Positions 43,596 to 58,500 of a stretch of 64,000 nt of DNA are shown here, piece after piece; position 1 is the stretch's first letter; every line of letters starts with the position of its first letter. The position numbers and the translations under genes were made by a program. Source of the stretch: the human T2T-CHM13v2.0 reference genome, Homo sapiens; the NCBI RefSeq assembly GCF_009914755.1, contig NC_060932.1; one strand, given 5' to 3'. The notes under the pieces were generated by a model. It did no database searches and was not told the origin of the DNA. It saw only the letters and a program-made list of their open reading frames with translations.

Positions 43596-45629
43596 GTCTA
43601 TTCAGATGCTTTACCAGTTTTTAACATTTTTTTACGGAACTTATTTTTTAGAGCAGTTTTATGTTTACAGCAAAACTGAGTGGAAGGTACAGAGGTTCCT
43701 GGTATATATGCTGCCCCCACAAATGGATAGCCCTGCCCCCTATAAACATCCTCTTACAATCAGTGAACCTACATCAACACATCATTATCACCCAAAGTCT
43801 ATAGCTTCATACATTTTAATTAGGTGATTTGCCTATTATTGAGTTATAAGAGTTCTTTATATATTCTGGATGCAAATCCCTTAACCAATATGTAATTTGC
43901 AAATACTTTTCCCATTCTGGGGTTGTCTTTGCACTTTCTTGATGATGTTCTTTGAAGCACAAAAGATTTTAATTTTGATAAGGTAGAAATTACCTATTTT
44001 GTTGTTATTGCTCATATTTTTGGTATAATATATAAGAATCCTTTGCCATATCTAAGGTCCCAGGGATTTACCCTTATGTTTTCTTCTAAGACTTTTATGG
44101 TTTTATCCCTACAATTAGGTCTTTTGACCTATTGAAAATTATCTTTTGTATATTGTGTGTGTAAAGGTGCAACATCATTCTTTTGCACATGGCTACTCAA
44201 TTGTCCCACCACTATTGGTTAATAACAAAACAATTATTTTCCCATTGAATGGTCTTTGTACCCTTGTTGAAAATCAGCTGAGCATAGAAACTTGGTTTTA
44301 TTTCTAGAGTCCTAACTCTATTCCATTGTCTGTCCTTGTGGTAGTAACACATTGTCTTGGTTATCATTACTTTGAAATGAGTTTTTAGTTTTGCAATTAG
44401 GAAGTGTGAATCCTGATACATTACTCTTCTTTTTGAGATTCTTTTAGCTATTCTGGGTCATTTGCAATTGCACGTGAATTTTAGAGTCACTTTGTCACTT
44501 TTTGTAAGGAAGTACTGAGATCCTAATAGGGAATGTATTGAATCTTTAGATAAATTTGTTCAGTGTCGCTATGTTAACATTATTAATTATTCTAATCCAT
44601 AAACATGAGATTTTTTCCATTTATTTAAATTTTCTTTATTTTTGTCAAACAACATTTAATAGCTTTCAGAGTATAAGTTTTGAAATTTTTTGTTCAACTT
44701 TTTTCTATTTTATTTTGTGGTGCTATTTTTAATGGAATAGTTTTCTGGATTTTATTGTCAGCCTGCTTATTATGAGTGTAGAGAAATACAATTGATTGTT
44801 ATATACTGATCTTATGTCCTGCAACCTTGTTGAACCTTATTATTAGTGCTAATAATTTTTCAGAAGATGCTTTAGGATTAGAAATTTTTTACATAAATAT
44901 TGTTATCTGTGAATATAAAAAATTTTACTTCTTTCTTTCCAATGAGGGTTTTATTTATTTATTTAGCCTCATTGCCTTGGCAAGTATCTCAGGTACAACA
45001 CTGCAAAGAAAGCAGATTTCCTTGTCTTGTTCCTAATTTTAGGGGAAAAGTATCTAACCTTTCAGCAAGTATATTATCTGTGGGTTTTTCATAAATGCTT
45101 TTATCACGTTGAGGAATTTCTCTTTTATTCTGACCTTGTTGAGAATTTTTATCATGAAAGGTTATTGTAGTTTATCAAATGCTTTATCTGTGTCTATTGA
45201 GATAATCATATAATTTTTCTGGTTTTATTGTATTAATATGTTATAATAATTAATTTGCAGATTGTAAACCAACCTTGCATTCCTTGAATGAATTTCACTT
45301 TGTCATGAGGTATAATTCTTTCTATAGGTTGCTGTATTTGGTTTAGCAGCATTTTGTTGAGGCTTTTTGTGTTCATTTTTATAAGAGATTTTGCTTGTGG
45401 TTGTCATGTGATGTCTTTGAATTTCATATCAGGGCAGTATTGACCCTGTAAAATAAGCTGGGAAGTTGCATCTCCTCTTCTATTTTTTGGAAAAGTTTAT
45501 GAAAAATTGGCATTAATTCTTTTCTAAATGTTTGGCAGCATTCTGTGGTGATGTCACCTGGGTCTGAGATTTTCTTTGTGGGTAATTTTTAAAAATTACT
45601 ACTTTGGTCTCTTCACTGTAGAAATATAT

Positions 45630-46430
45630 CTATTTCACAATGTTTAAATGTATCAAGACATCATACTATACCCAATGAATATGTGGATTATTTATGTGTC
45701 AATTAAAAATAAAATAAGACTTTAAAAATAGGCCTGGAAAAGTACATTAAAGTTGAAAACTTAAGTTCACCCAAAAACCTGCACATTGATGTTAATAGTA
45801 GCTTTATTTGTAATTGCCAAAACTTGGAATCAATCAAGATGTTCAATGGTAGGTGAATGGATAAACTGTGGTATATCCAGACAATGGGATATTATTCAGT
45901 GCTGAAAAGACATAAGCTATCAAGCCATAAAAAGACATGGAGGAATCTTAAATGCATTTACTAAGTGAAAGCAGCCAATCTGAAATGGCTACAAATTGTA
46001 TAATTCCAATTATACGACATTATGGAGAAGACTAAACTATAGAAACAGTAAAAAGATCAGTGGTTGCCAAGGGTTGAGAGGTGGGTGGAGCACAGAGTAT
46101 TTTTAGGGCCGTGAAACTATTCTGTATGATATTATAATGGTAGATAAATATCATTTGATATTTGTCCAACCCATTCTATGGGTTTGTAATGTACAATACT
46201 AAGAGTGAACCCTATTGTCTAATAGATTATGGATTAGGGTGATAATGATGTGTCAATGTAGGTTCATCAAGTGTAACAATTATAACCACTCTAATAGGGG
46301 ACGTTGATAATGGGGGCTACTATAATGTGTTGAGGTATAGAGTATATGGGAAATTGTAACTTCTGCTTAATTTTGCTGTGAACATAATACTGCTTTAAAA
46401 AATAAAGTGTATTAGAAAATGAAAAAAGTA
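45630..46430 (+). mobile_element. Sense-strand L1 3'-end fragments (short L1MA tail, then L1MB/MC tail)
   Basis: GGTGAATGGATAAACTGTGGTATATCCAGACAATGG and AAAAGATCAGTGGTTGCCA, ending AAAAATAAAGTGTATT. Confidence 0.8.
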
Positions 46431-47820
46431 AGAGCAACTGCTAGGTCAAAAAAGCCATAATTTTTCCAAATAACCTTTTCCCTATAAAATAAAAATTTAA
46501 AAGAAGAAACAGATCTTGTTGCTAATTTATTTCCTTTTGTAGTCAGTTTTGGTAGTTGGTGTTTTCTAGAAATGTGTTTATTTCAACTAAATTGTCTAAT
46601 TTATTTGCACACAATGTTTCATGCCATTCCTTGATACATTTTTACATCTGTAAGTTTAGTTATCAATGCCCCCTTTCATTTCTGATTATAGTAATTTGAG
46701 TTCTCTCCCTCTCTCTCCCTCTCTTTCTCCTTGATCAGTCTAAAGTGGTGTGCCAATTTTGTTGATCTTTTCAAATAATCAGCTTTTGATTTCATTTATT
46801 TTCCCCATTTTTTAAATTCTCTATTTAATTAATTTCTACTCAAATCTTTATTATATCATTTCTTTTACTTTATGTTTTGTTTTTTTCTTCTTTTTCCAGT
46901 GTTTTAAAAGGAAATGCAAGGCTATTTTTTTCTGTCTTTTGTATTTCTTAACATAGGTATTTGCAGCTATCAGTTTTCTTCTAAGCACTATTTTGGTTGC
47001 ATTCCATAAGTTTGGCATGCTGTGTCTTCATTGTGTTTTTATTTCGCTGTTAATTTTGTTGAACTTTTGCATAGTTGTTCTATTATTGAGGGTGAGGCAT
47101 TAATGTCTGCAACTTTTATTATTCAGTTGTCTACTTTATTCTTTATTTTTATCAGTTTTTGCTTTATCTGTATTGCTTCTTTGTTATTGAAGCCGTATGT
47201 ATTTATAGTATATAATATAAAAATGTTACCCTTATATTCCCTTTTCCTCTTTTTTGTAGCATTATTATTACACATGTTACATCTATTAATGTTACAAACT
47301 TAATACATAGTTTTAACTATTAATTTCCCACTTGTAGTCATTTTCTTAGCCCAAAACAGCTTTGTTCCCATCCACTTCCTTTGTGTTGTTTTTGGTACCA
47401 TAGTACAAATGTATTACATTTCTATATGTTATTGGCTCAACAATACATTATGATACATATTATTTTATATAATTGCTTTTCATATTAGCTAAGATGAGAA
47501 ATGAGAAAAATACACATTTATACTCTCTTTTATAATTACATAATTACTTTACCAGTGCTCGCTCTTTCTTCTAGTGGATTCAAATGACCATCTGTCATCA
47601 TCTGCTTTCAGTTTGAAGAACTTCCCTTAGTATTTCTTGTAACAAATTATTTCAGTTATCTGGGAATATGTTTATTTCATTTTCTTTTTCAAAAGATAGC
47701 TTTCCTGGATGTAGGAATCTTGATTTACAGGTTTTCTTTAATCTTTAAATATGTTCTCTTACTACCTTTCTGTGGAAGAGTCCGTTGTTTATCTTTGATA
47801 AAAGTTTATCAGATTCTCTT

Positions 47821-48638
47821 TGAGAACTAAGCTCTGATTTTTTATCTTGCCCAAATTCCTATCTAAGGGGTCTGGGGAGTAATGCCCTACAAACCATAAA
47901 TTATCATCAGATGGGTTTCATTTGACCCTGTATATCATGACTTACTTTCCAATCGGACTCTGGCATAACAAGGAAGAAAATCACAATGTTTTACCCTAAA
48001 GTATATTTCCTTGCCATACCTTAAAATTGCCTGCAAAGTCTCTTGTGGGAAAAATCCACATTCTATAGGAAATTTCCTTTACCCTTTGTTTTCCTTCCTT
48101 CCTTCCCAGATCCAGGAGATAATCAACTAAGAGCCAGACAAGCTTTTAGGTCTGATAAGAAACGTTGTGCACATGTACCCTAAAACTTAAAGTATAATTT
48201 TTTTTAAAAAAAGAAACATTTTATAACCTGCTGTCTCTCTGAAGGCTTCTATCAGAGATTCCTCTGCACAATAAAACTTGGTCTCCACAATGCTTTACCT
48301 TAACCTGAACATTCCTTCCCATTAATGCCAGGTCTTCAGATAAACGTAACCAATTGTCAACCAGAAAATGTTTAAATCGACCTATGGCCTGGAAGCCCAC
48401 CTGTACCCCCCTGCTTTCAGTCATCCTGCCTTTCTGAACCAAACCAATGTATTTCTTAAATGTAATTGATTGATGTCTCATACCTTCCTAAAATATATAA
48501 AAACAAGCTGTACCTCAACCACCTTGGGCACATGTTCTCAGGACCTCCTGAGGGCTGTGTCATGGACCACAGTCACTCATATTTGGCTCAGAATAAATCT
48601 CTTAAAATATTTTACAGAGTTTGACTTTTTTGTCAACA
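47821..48638 (+). mobile_element. Solo LTR, MER4D/E-like
   Basis: Starts TGAGAACTAAGCTCTGATTTTTTATCTTGCCCAAATTCC and ends ...GTCAACA. Exact TSD TCTT on both sides. Confidence 0.87.
48167..48210 (+). mobile_element. Ultra-short young L1PA 3' terminus inside the MER4 LTR
   Basis: GTGCACATGTACCCTAAAACTTAAAGTATAAT plus tail. TSD AAGAAACGTT (48157-48166) / AAGAAACATT (48211-48220). Confidence 0.85.
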
Positions 48639-51600
48639 TCTTGTAAGTGAAGAGTCATTTTTCTCTTACTGCTTTCAATATTTTATCCTTGTCTTTGACT
48701 TTCATCATATTTGCTGCGTGTCTGTTTGTGGATGTCTTTATGTTTATTCTACCTGCAATTTGTTGCACTTTCTGAATGTGTCGCTACGTGTTCTTCAAAA
48801 AATTTGGGGAGTTTTCAATTATTATTTCCTCTAATGTTTCTCTGCTCCTTTCCTCTAATGTTTCTCTACTTCATTTCTCTTTTTTGGTATTCCTATTACT
48901 CACTATTGGTGTGATTAACAGTGTCCCATTATTCTATGGGGCTCTCTTCATTTTTCTATTTTTCTGTTTTTCAGATTGTATTATTAACCTATTTGAAGTT
49001 TGCTAAACCTTCCATTTGACATTTTAAATATACTGTTGAGCCTCTCTCTGGAATTTTTCTTCTTAGTTATTGTTCTTTTCAACTCCAAAATTTCTACTTG
49101 CTTCTTTTGTATAATTTCTATTTCTTTATTGATGTTTTCTGTTTGATGTAACATTGTTATATCTTCCTTTACTTCTTTAATCAAGGTTTTCTTTAGTACT
49201 TTCAACATATTTATAAGGGCTAATTTGAAGTTATTTTTCTGTTAAATCCCATTAGTCACTCTCATGGGCAATTTCTACCAACTGCTATTATTTCTAGTAT
49301 ATGGTCATACTTTCCTGTTTCTTTGCAGGTGTCAATCATTGTTGTTGTTATTGTTGGAAACCAAACATTTAAATAATATATCAAAACAAATCTGGATACT
49401 GTTTCCCCCTCACAATGTGGTTTGTTATTTATATTTGCTAGTTCCTTTGTTTAGTGACTGGCTGAATTATTTTCGTGTAGTCTATTTCCCATTCCATATG
49501 ATTAACCCTATGATGTTGCTTCTAAAGGAGGCACACCTTTGGACATATCCAAAGTTACCCTGGAATTAAAGTGGTTTTAGCAGGGCTCCTTTTTCTCTTT
49601 CTTGACATACCCAGCTGTTAGGCTCCACTAAATAACAGGCTGATTGTTTTATTGTTTGAATAATATTCTGTGGCATAAATTGCTCTACAAATGAATCCGA
49701 TGAATTTGAGCTTATTTGCAGAAACAGTTCCCAAGCTCAATGTTTGATATTTGTTCTGACTTCAAGAGAGTTCCACCCAACCATCTCCTTCCCCAACTCT
49801 TTCCTACAAACTAAGCCTGTAGTTTAGCCTCTATCTTGAATCTCCCCCAATTGTTCCCCACCACAACCTCCACTGCTTTTGAGAAAACCCTTAAGCTTAC
49901 ACTCTGTAGCAAATGAAGTCAATTTTTGTGGAAAATTTAGGTGTTATCTGTTCTACAGCCTGTTTCTGACCCCAGGCAAAATCTTTAAGCCAGAGCTATG
50001 GAGCTTGGTGTAGAAATAAAGGCAACCACTACTTTGAGTGACACCTCAACTCTAGGAGCTAGGTGCTTGATGGAAGGGAACGAACATTAGCCTAAAGTTC
50101 TCTTGGCTTGCCACTTCTAGCAAGTAAACATTGTTTTATGAGCCAGGGCAAGGGCAGTCAGGGTCAGAGCATTCTCTGTACTTTCCTGACCAAATAGAGC
50201 CTCCGCTTAATAGGTGGAGGCTGGGAAGATGAATGGAGCCCCACTTGCCAACTGCACTTACCCAGAATTTAGCTTCAGGAACAGGCATTTGGTGGCAGGA
50301 TGACAAACACTGACATCCTACTCCTGTCAGAAAGAAAGTGCTCCCCCTGGGAGTAGGCTAAAGAAGTAGCCCTGTTTTCTTTACCTTGGCAGTCTGCAGT
50401 GCTGTTTCTACTTTCTGAGCAAGGAGAGAAGAGAAAAAGAGTGGTCTTGGTTGAAATACTACAGACTTGCTTTTTCTACTAATTGTATAGATGTCTTAAA
50501 ATACATGCTTCTTCATTTTTATGCCCCAAAGACCATTTTCAGAGGCTTTAAGATGGTTGTCAGTGTTTTTTAAAAATAATTTTTACCAGTTTTAACAGGG
50601 AGCAGGTCCAAAGAACTCTTCATATTGACACGCTGGAAGTTGATTCTCCTTTAAATTTACATTTTATCATTTCAAATTGTTGGCATATTATCTGTATCCC
50701 AACTAACACAAGTGATTTCGTAGAAATTAAACAACATCGAAATCAGTTGTCAGCATATGATTTTTATAGCAAAATGATCATGCATGTATTTTGTAATAAA
50801 AAATTATATAGAATGTAAATAGTGATTTTAAAATGTAATATAGCATACATTGTGCATCCTTAAATACATTCATATTGCTTCTTTTCTAGTTTGTTGCACT
50901 AACTAACACTGCTTCAGGTGCCAACAAAAGTTAATAAATGAGACTAAATAATAATAAAGATACAATGTTTACACTTAACTTTACACATAACTTGAGGAGA
51001 TTGACCTTACATGAAATTATATGCTTTCTATGAGATAAGAAAAAGCTAGGGAGCAAAGCATTAGAACAAGTCAAAAGGTGCCATAGGATAACATTAATTT
51101 ATTTTTAAAAAATTTATGTGGATTATACATCATGGCAACACAGACCTTATATATGACATTAAACCTGTGGACATATTTTAATGGGATATGAAATATAAGA
51201 ACCTTATGAAAATTTTACATTGAAATTTGACAGATAAACACCTCTGAATATTGAGCACTTTACCCAATTATAAAGTTATCTTTTGCATTCGTGTTTTCTG
51301 TGGAATGATCAATACACTTTTCAGCTTGAAGTAACCCACATAAAGTTAATTGCACCTTAAGCAGAATATGAACTCTTCTATCAGAGTACCTGTGAGTGAG
51401 AAATGAGACATCGGGAGGTTAAGCAATTTTCCTATTTTTTCTCATGGTAAATTGGCTCCAAGTAATTTCACTTCACTTTTCTTTTAAATGAAAGAAAAAC
51501 ACAAATAGATGAAAATGTTCTATTTACCCAGGGTCGGGGTCAGAGTTTCTCAGAAAAATTGAAGGGAATGGAAAATATGAATGCAAGAGGTAGGTCAAAA

Positions 51601-52799
51601 ATTTTAGATGATACTGTGAATATTTTAAGGTCATAAATTTTCCTGAAATCACAGACTTTTGCCCCAAACATATTTAATTTATAGCTAAAATAATGTAAAT
51701 GGGTTTCTATTTTTCAGTTTTATTATATTTACCATTACTTTATTCATCATTTCATGAAGTACTGGTGAGTAATTTTGCTCAGATGTTTTGCTAAAACTTT
51801 TGGCTATCACTCAATTCTAAAACAGCAAAAATTGTTTTACGAAATGATCCCCTGTGAAACTGCTGAGTTTTAAACTGAGGTTTTAATATTAGGAGATATA
51901 AGCTCTAGTTTCATAATGAAACTCAAGAAGCTCAGTTTAGTCCAAGTTTCACATGAACATAAGACCCAAAGGCTAATGAAAACAATCACTAAACTTGGGA
52001 GATTAAATCCAAAGCCATAACACTACCTTACTCATATGGCTGTACTAACAGTATGTTTTCAATTTTATTGTTAAAATCCAAATATCTGGAATGATCTCTG
52101 AAAAAAAATCACAATATGTTAGAACCAAATTGCCCATTATCAGAATCATGTTTTCTTCCATGTCTAAACCATAATTAAGTCCAAGAGTTCTGACCATGAA
52201 TTTGGGCATTTATCGATTCCACAAACAATAATGAGTTCTACTAAGAAGAGACTTCCAGTTCTAAAATGGCAGAGAGGAAGCAAGCTGTTTTCATTCTCCC
52301 CAGCAGAAACCAAAAGCAAATACACAGCATTGAGTAAAATCCTAGAATAATTAAGAACATGAGACAGTTCCTAGGGCTATACGATAGTAAGAGAATCAGA
52401 ATTTCATATCTACAATACTCTTTTTTTCCAAACAGCTCAGCACCAAGTGCATGGGAAAAAAATTACCCCACTCATAGTTTCTATACTGGAAACAGTGAGA
52501 TTGAGGTGGACAATCAGCTTTCCAACCATCTTGGGTTCCCTGGCAGGCGTCTTGTCTCTGCCTCAACCCACAGGATGCATCACAAATGCCTGAAAGGAGA
52601 AATATCCCTGAGGACAGCCAGAGACAGAGGGGGGAAATGAGACTACCATCCCCAGCCCTGAATATCTGCTCCGTAGCTTAGCAAAAAGAGCTCCCAAATC
52701 AGAGTGGCTGTTCAGCAGCATCACACTGTACGCACTGTAGAAGGTTCATTCCATAGATTCCTGGGCATGAACCCCTAGCTAGCCTTCCCATATTGCTAG

Positions 52800-53169
<370 letters not shown>

Positions 53170-53198
53170 ATCTCTGATTATTTACCAGAAACAAAATA

Positions 53199-53267
53199 AG
53201 CCCAAGACAGCTTGTTCCCATCTACTTCCTTTGTGTTGTTTTTGGTACCATAATACAAATGTGTTAC
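53199..53267 (+). repeat. ~70-bp copy of 47348-47417
   Basis: Shares ACTTCCTTTGTGTTGTTTTTGGTACCATA exactly; 4 substitutions and 1 indel overall. Confidence 0.92.
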
Positions 53268-54759
53268 CTGCACAAGAAACCACAGCAAACAAGGAACCAT
53301 GACCTTCCCAGATGGAAAAGCAAGGAAACAGTGACTGGTCCAAAAGAGATAATAATATGTGAGCTCCCCAACCGAGAGTTCAAAACTGCAGTTTGAAGGA
53401 AACTCAGTGATCTCCAAGATAACACACACAAAAACATTCAGAAATTTATCATAGAAATCTAGCAAAGAGATTAAAAACATTAAAAAACACCAGAAATCTT
53501 GTAACTAAGAAATATGTTTGCTGAACTGAAAAATTCATTATAGGCTCTTGAGAGCAGAAAAGATCAAGGAGAGGAAAGAATCAGTGAGCTCAGAGACAGG
53601 CTATTTGAAAATACATAGAGGAGGAAAAAAGAAAACGGAATGAAAAGGAATAAAGATTGCCCACAAGACATAGAAATTACCTGCTAAGACCATGACTAAG
53701 AATTATTGATGTTCAAGAGATAGGTGAGCAACAACAAGGGGTAGAAAGCTTATTTAAAGAAATAATAATGTAAGACTTTCCAAAACTCAAGACAGAGATT
53801 ATTATCTAGGTACAGAAAGGTCAGAGAACAGATTTGACCCAAATAAGACTCCCCAAGGCATATAATAATCAAACTCTCAAAAATCAGGGACAAAGGGAAG
53901 ATCCTAAAAGCAGCAAGATAAAAGAAGAAAATAACATATAAAGTTCTCCAATTTGTCTGGCAGCAGACTTCTCAACAAACACCTTACAAGTCAGGAGGTA
54001 ATGGGTTGACATTTTCAAAGTTCTGAAAGAAAAAACTGCCATCCAAGAAATTTGTATCCAGCAAAGCTATCCCTCAAATATGAAGGAGAGATGAAGCCTT
54101 TCCCCATCAAACAGAATCTTAGAGAATTCACAACCAGCAGACCTGTCTTATAAGAAATGCTGAAGAAAGTTCTTCAGTCTGAAAGAAAATAACCACAAGC
54201 ATGCAACAAGAAAATATTTGAAGCTATAAAATACACTGGGAAAATTAAGTAAGTGGACAAACCCAGAGTACTCTAATACTGTGACCGTGGTGTGCAATCT
54301 ACTTGCAACTCTAGTGTAAAGCCCAAAAGACAAATCTATCAAAAACAATAATAGCTGCAGTAACTTGTTAAGAGATAGGTAATATGAAAATATATAAATT
54401 GGAACAACATAAGTCAAAATGTGAGGGGGGGATGGAGTTAAAGTATAAAGTAATGAGAGGTTGATGAATGGGTATGAACACACAATTTGATAAAAGAAAT
54501 AAGACCTCGTGTTTGATAGATCAGTAGAGTGATTATATTTTATAATAATCTATTATATATTCCAAAATATCTAGAAAAGAATAATTTGAATATTTCTAGC
54601 GTAAAGAAAAGACAAATATTTAAGATGATGAATATCCCAATTAAACTGATTTGATCTTTACAAATTATATGAATTTATTAAATTGTCACATGTATGATGC
54701 CAATGCATGCATCTTTTATGTATCAATTTTAAAAAAATTTAAAAATACGAGTGTCTACT

Positions 54760-56140
54760 TTGTGTCAGACACTATGATATGCTCTGGGAACACAAAGTTA
54801 AATAAAAAGATACTTGTTTTTGTAGAGCTGATGGTGAGGTAAATTATCATACAATGTGATAAGTGTTATGCTTTTAGAATGACATAAGAATACAAGGGAT
54901 ACATATAAACCATACAGATCACAGTAGAGTTGAGGATGAGGAAATGTTTTCCCAGAGGTGATGCTTAACATAGTTTGAGGAGGTAAACTATAGAAAGTTA
55001 GGCAGAGGGAAGACAAGAAACTCAGACAGACATTTCAGAGAGAAGTACAGAAGTATGACGATATGCGAGCATGAAAGAAACAGAGCTTCTTAATTATAAG
55101 CAGTTTGGTATACGTAACAGGAGCATGTGTCACAAGAGGAGAGAGGCTACTACAGAAAGGGGGGACAGTTTTTGCAAGTTTTGTGTACTGAAATGAATTT
55201 GTCTTACTGCAAAAACTTAGAAAAAATGATAAAGAGATTTGAACAGGGTGTGACACAGTCATATGACATTTTCAAAAAATCCCAATGATAGCAATGTAGA
55301 AGAAGGAGTAGGGAGGGAGAGGAGGAGGCAGAGGGCAGTTGGAAGGCTACTGGAGCAACGTGACTTGGAAGTCATTTGTTTGAGAACAATATAGTGTCAA
55401 GGGGAAAGACAAGGAGCAGGAGAATCTGAAAATATTAAGGAAATAGATTTCAGGACCCGGTATCTGATAGGTGAGGAATAGAGAAAGTTTAGGATGCTGA
55501 GATAACCGTTTTGGCTCCAGGGTGTGGATGAAAGAGAACATAAAAAGAAGAACAAATTTGGAAAGGGAGAACATTTGTTTGAATCATGAATGGTATGATT
55601 CACTTGTAAAACATTAAGTGGAAATATCCACTTGGCATATAGATGTGTGGTTCTAGAGCCCTGAAAAGATGTTTTCAGATATGCATTCAGGAGTCACAAG
55701 AATACCTATGTGAAATCATGCAACAATAGCTCCCTGCTGATGGAGTGTAGACCAAAAAGAGAAGAAAATGAAGAAAATCAAACCTTAAAAGAGCAAAGAT
55801 ATTTAATGGACATGTGAACAAGGAGAGACAGTCATGTGCATGTGTGCACACACTCACCCACACACACCACCCACACACACACACACACACTGACTCACAC
55901 ACACACGGTTGTAGAGGAGCAGCCCGAGAGTTAGATGGAAAATTAGGAGCAAACAGCATCACTGAAACAGAGTAGAAGAAAGATTCACAAAGTCAGTGGA
56001 GAAAGTGTTTCATTCATTAATTTGTTCATTCGTTTGTTCATTCATTCATTCAACAATGCATTCATTGCACACCTAAGTGAGCCCTTACATTCCATCAGCA
56101 GGAATGCAGAGTATGCACGACAGAAAGTCCTTGCCCTCAA
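54760..56140 (-). mobile_element. L2 fragments, with a (CA)-rich tract at ~55845-55905 and a (TTCA)n L2 tail at ~56010-56060
   Basis: L2 3' motifs (TGTGTCAGACACTATG...GGAACACAAAG; TTCATTCATTCAACAATGCATTCATTG). Confidence 0.7.
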
Positions 56141-58160
56141 AGTGCCTTTGGATCATATTTGCCATGAGCCTCCTGGAGCACCACTTATTCAGAGTAAGAG
56201 ATATCGCGTGTTCCTGCCTCCTTTGAATTATAAAGAATCTCTCTCCACAGCCATGCTTCAGAGAAGAATTTTAAAAGTTGTTTGACACTCACTGAGTATA
56301 AACCTCTAAATTCATGGGTGATGAGTTGAGCTTATACCTGAGTCCTTTAATGGTTCACTCATTATCTGAGAATTTGAATTTTTTATCCAAGGTTCATTAA
56401 CCAAAAAACACATTGAAAGAAATTATCACCACATGAGGCTTGCAGGCACTTTTGCTTGAAAAATGAATATTGTATTATGCTTTTTTCTTAAACATTACTT
56501 TTAGCTGTAATAAAAAGAAAAAAACAAAATTTTAAAATCAAAACAAAATTAAATCTAGATTAGATATAATTTGTTACTTTCATTTTTGCTTAGGTATTTA
56601 ATCATCTGGGAATTAATGTAACTTTGATATCAAGATAAAAAATTATAGTGACTTTGATTTAAATTAATAGGGACACAAAATTCCAGGTCATGTAACAAGT
56701 ATGACTAACTTAGTCATGTACACTCTAACCTGTAGGCCAATAACCAGACCTTTAGGATACTCACTTTTTCATTCAATTATTTGACTTTGGCTCTGTTTTG
56801 TGTGTAATGTACAACATTAATGTTGGTCTAAAGAATATATTTCTTTTATTTTAGCATTTTGCTTCCCTTCCCCTACTCAGCAATGCAACCCAGACTTAGG
56901 AGCAAAATTGCCTTTTCCCCCTGAAATGTATTTGTCCTACACATTAAAATGATTGGACAAAGGGTGATCTGCCCGACATTTTCTGAAATAGTAGCATTTC
57001 AGAGTACCTTTTCTGTTGTCACAGTCTGTACCCTTCAGAAATATGGTTTCAATTTTGCTCTTGAAATATGAGTCAAGCTATGTTACCAACATATATTTTC
57101 CCCTTGTCATAACATTTCTCTTATTCTGTAGTCTGTAGACAGCTTATAGGTCGCATCTTTTCCCCTGTCTCATTGAAATAGTATCTTCTTTCTGTTTGAA
57201 TTCATTTTTCATTAGGGGAGGCAAAATCAGATCCTGTGCCCAATAAACAGAAGCACCTGGCCTAAGGATGTGTCATCCAAGCTGAGTGTTGTCCCCTGTT
57301 AATGAACAACAGTCACAAGCCACTTAGGAAAGGTAAACACATGAGGTGGGCTGCCTCCCTGCATGTACAGTATTCTGGTAGTAATTAATGATTTATCTGT
57401 TCCTCACCTTCCCCTCACCCCTATGGATTAATCAAATATGTAAATTGCAGAGTAGAAACAACTTGTTCAATGGGCTATAATTTAACTGTGTTTTCTCTGT
57501 TTCATCACAGTTTGGTAAATTCACACATCTGGGGTTAAAAGCCCCGTTGGACATCTTTCATACCTTGAGTGGAACACTGAGGAAACACATACAGTGCCCT
57601 TAGCTTTATTTAATGTTCTGGATTTATCAAAATTTTATTTAAAAAATTTAAGCAATTATACAGAGTTGAACATTTTAGAGATATTAGTGTACTTTCTCAA
57701 TTCAAGCAAAATACCAAGACACTAAACAGGCTTTAGTAGCAAAACAATTATTTTCTAGTGTTATCCTCATCAAAGGAAATATTTCCATTGAAGCTGATCC
57801 CTTCAAGTAGAAATGGTACTAAGTCTTATTATTTCTAAAATGCTTATTATTTCAACTAAAAATGAAATTATTCATTATTTACAAAATGTAAATATAATAA
57901 ACACAATAGCAAATGAATTTCAATATGAAATATAAATTACACAATAAAATCTGGTATATTTTGTAAGAAAATCTATTCAGAGTAATATCAGGGAAGAAAA
58001 GAAAGTAATAAGTAATAAGAGAATCTTATATAGCACATTGCATTTTGTAGTTAAATAGGAGGACATTAGAAGTAATTCACCAAGCTTTGACCTCAGGAAC
58101 AAAAGCAGCTGCAGAGCCACCCTGTGCTGTTTAAAATAGGCAGTAAAAAAAAGTATGTGA

Positions 58161-58500
<340 letters not shown>

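Larger units (their letters stand above)
43820..50650 (-). mobile_element. Long old L1 (ORF2, ORF1, 5' region) with nested insertions
   Basis: Minus ORF 44212-44421 resembles the ORF2 C-terminal half, and ORF 48984-49208 is an ORF1 coiled coil (ENINKEIEIIQKKQVEILELK). Confidence 0.8.
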
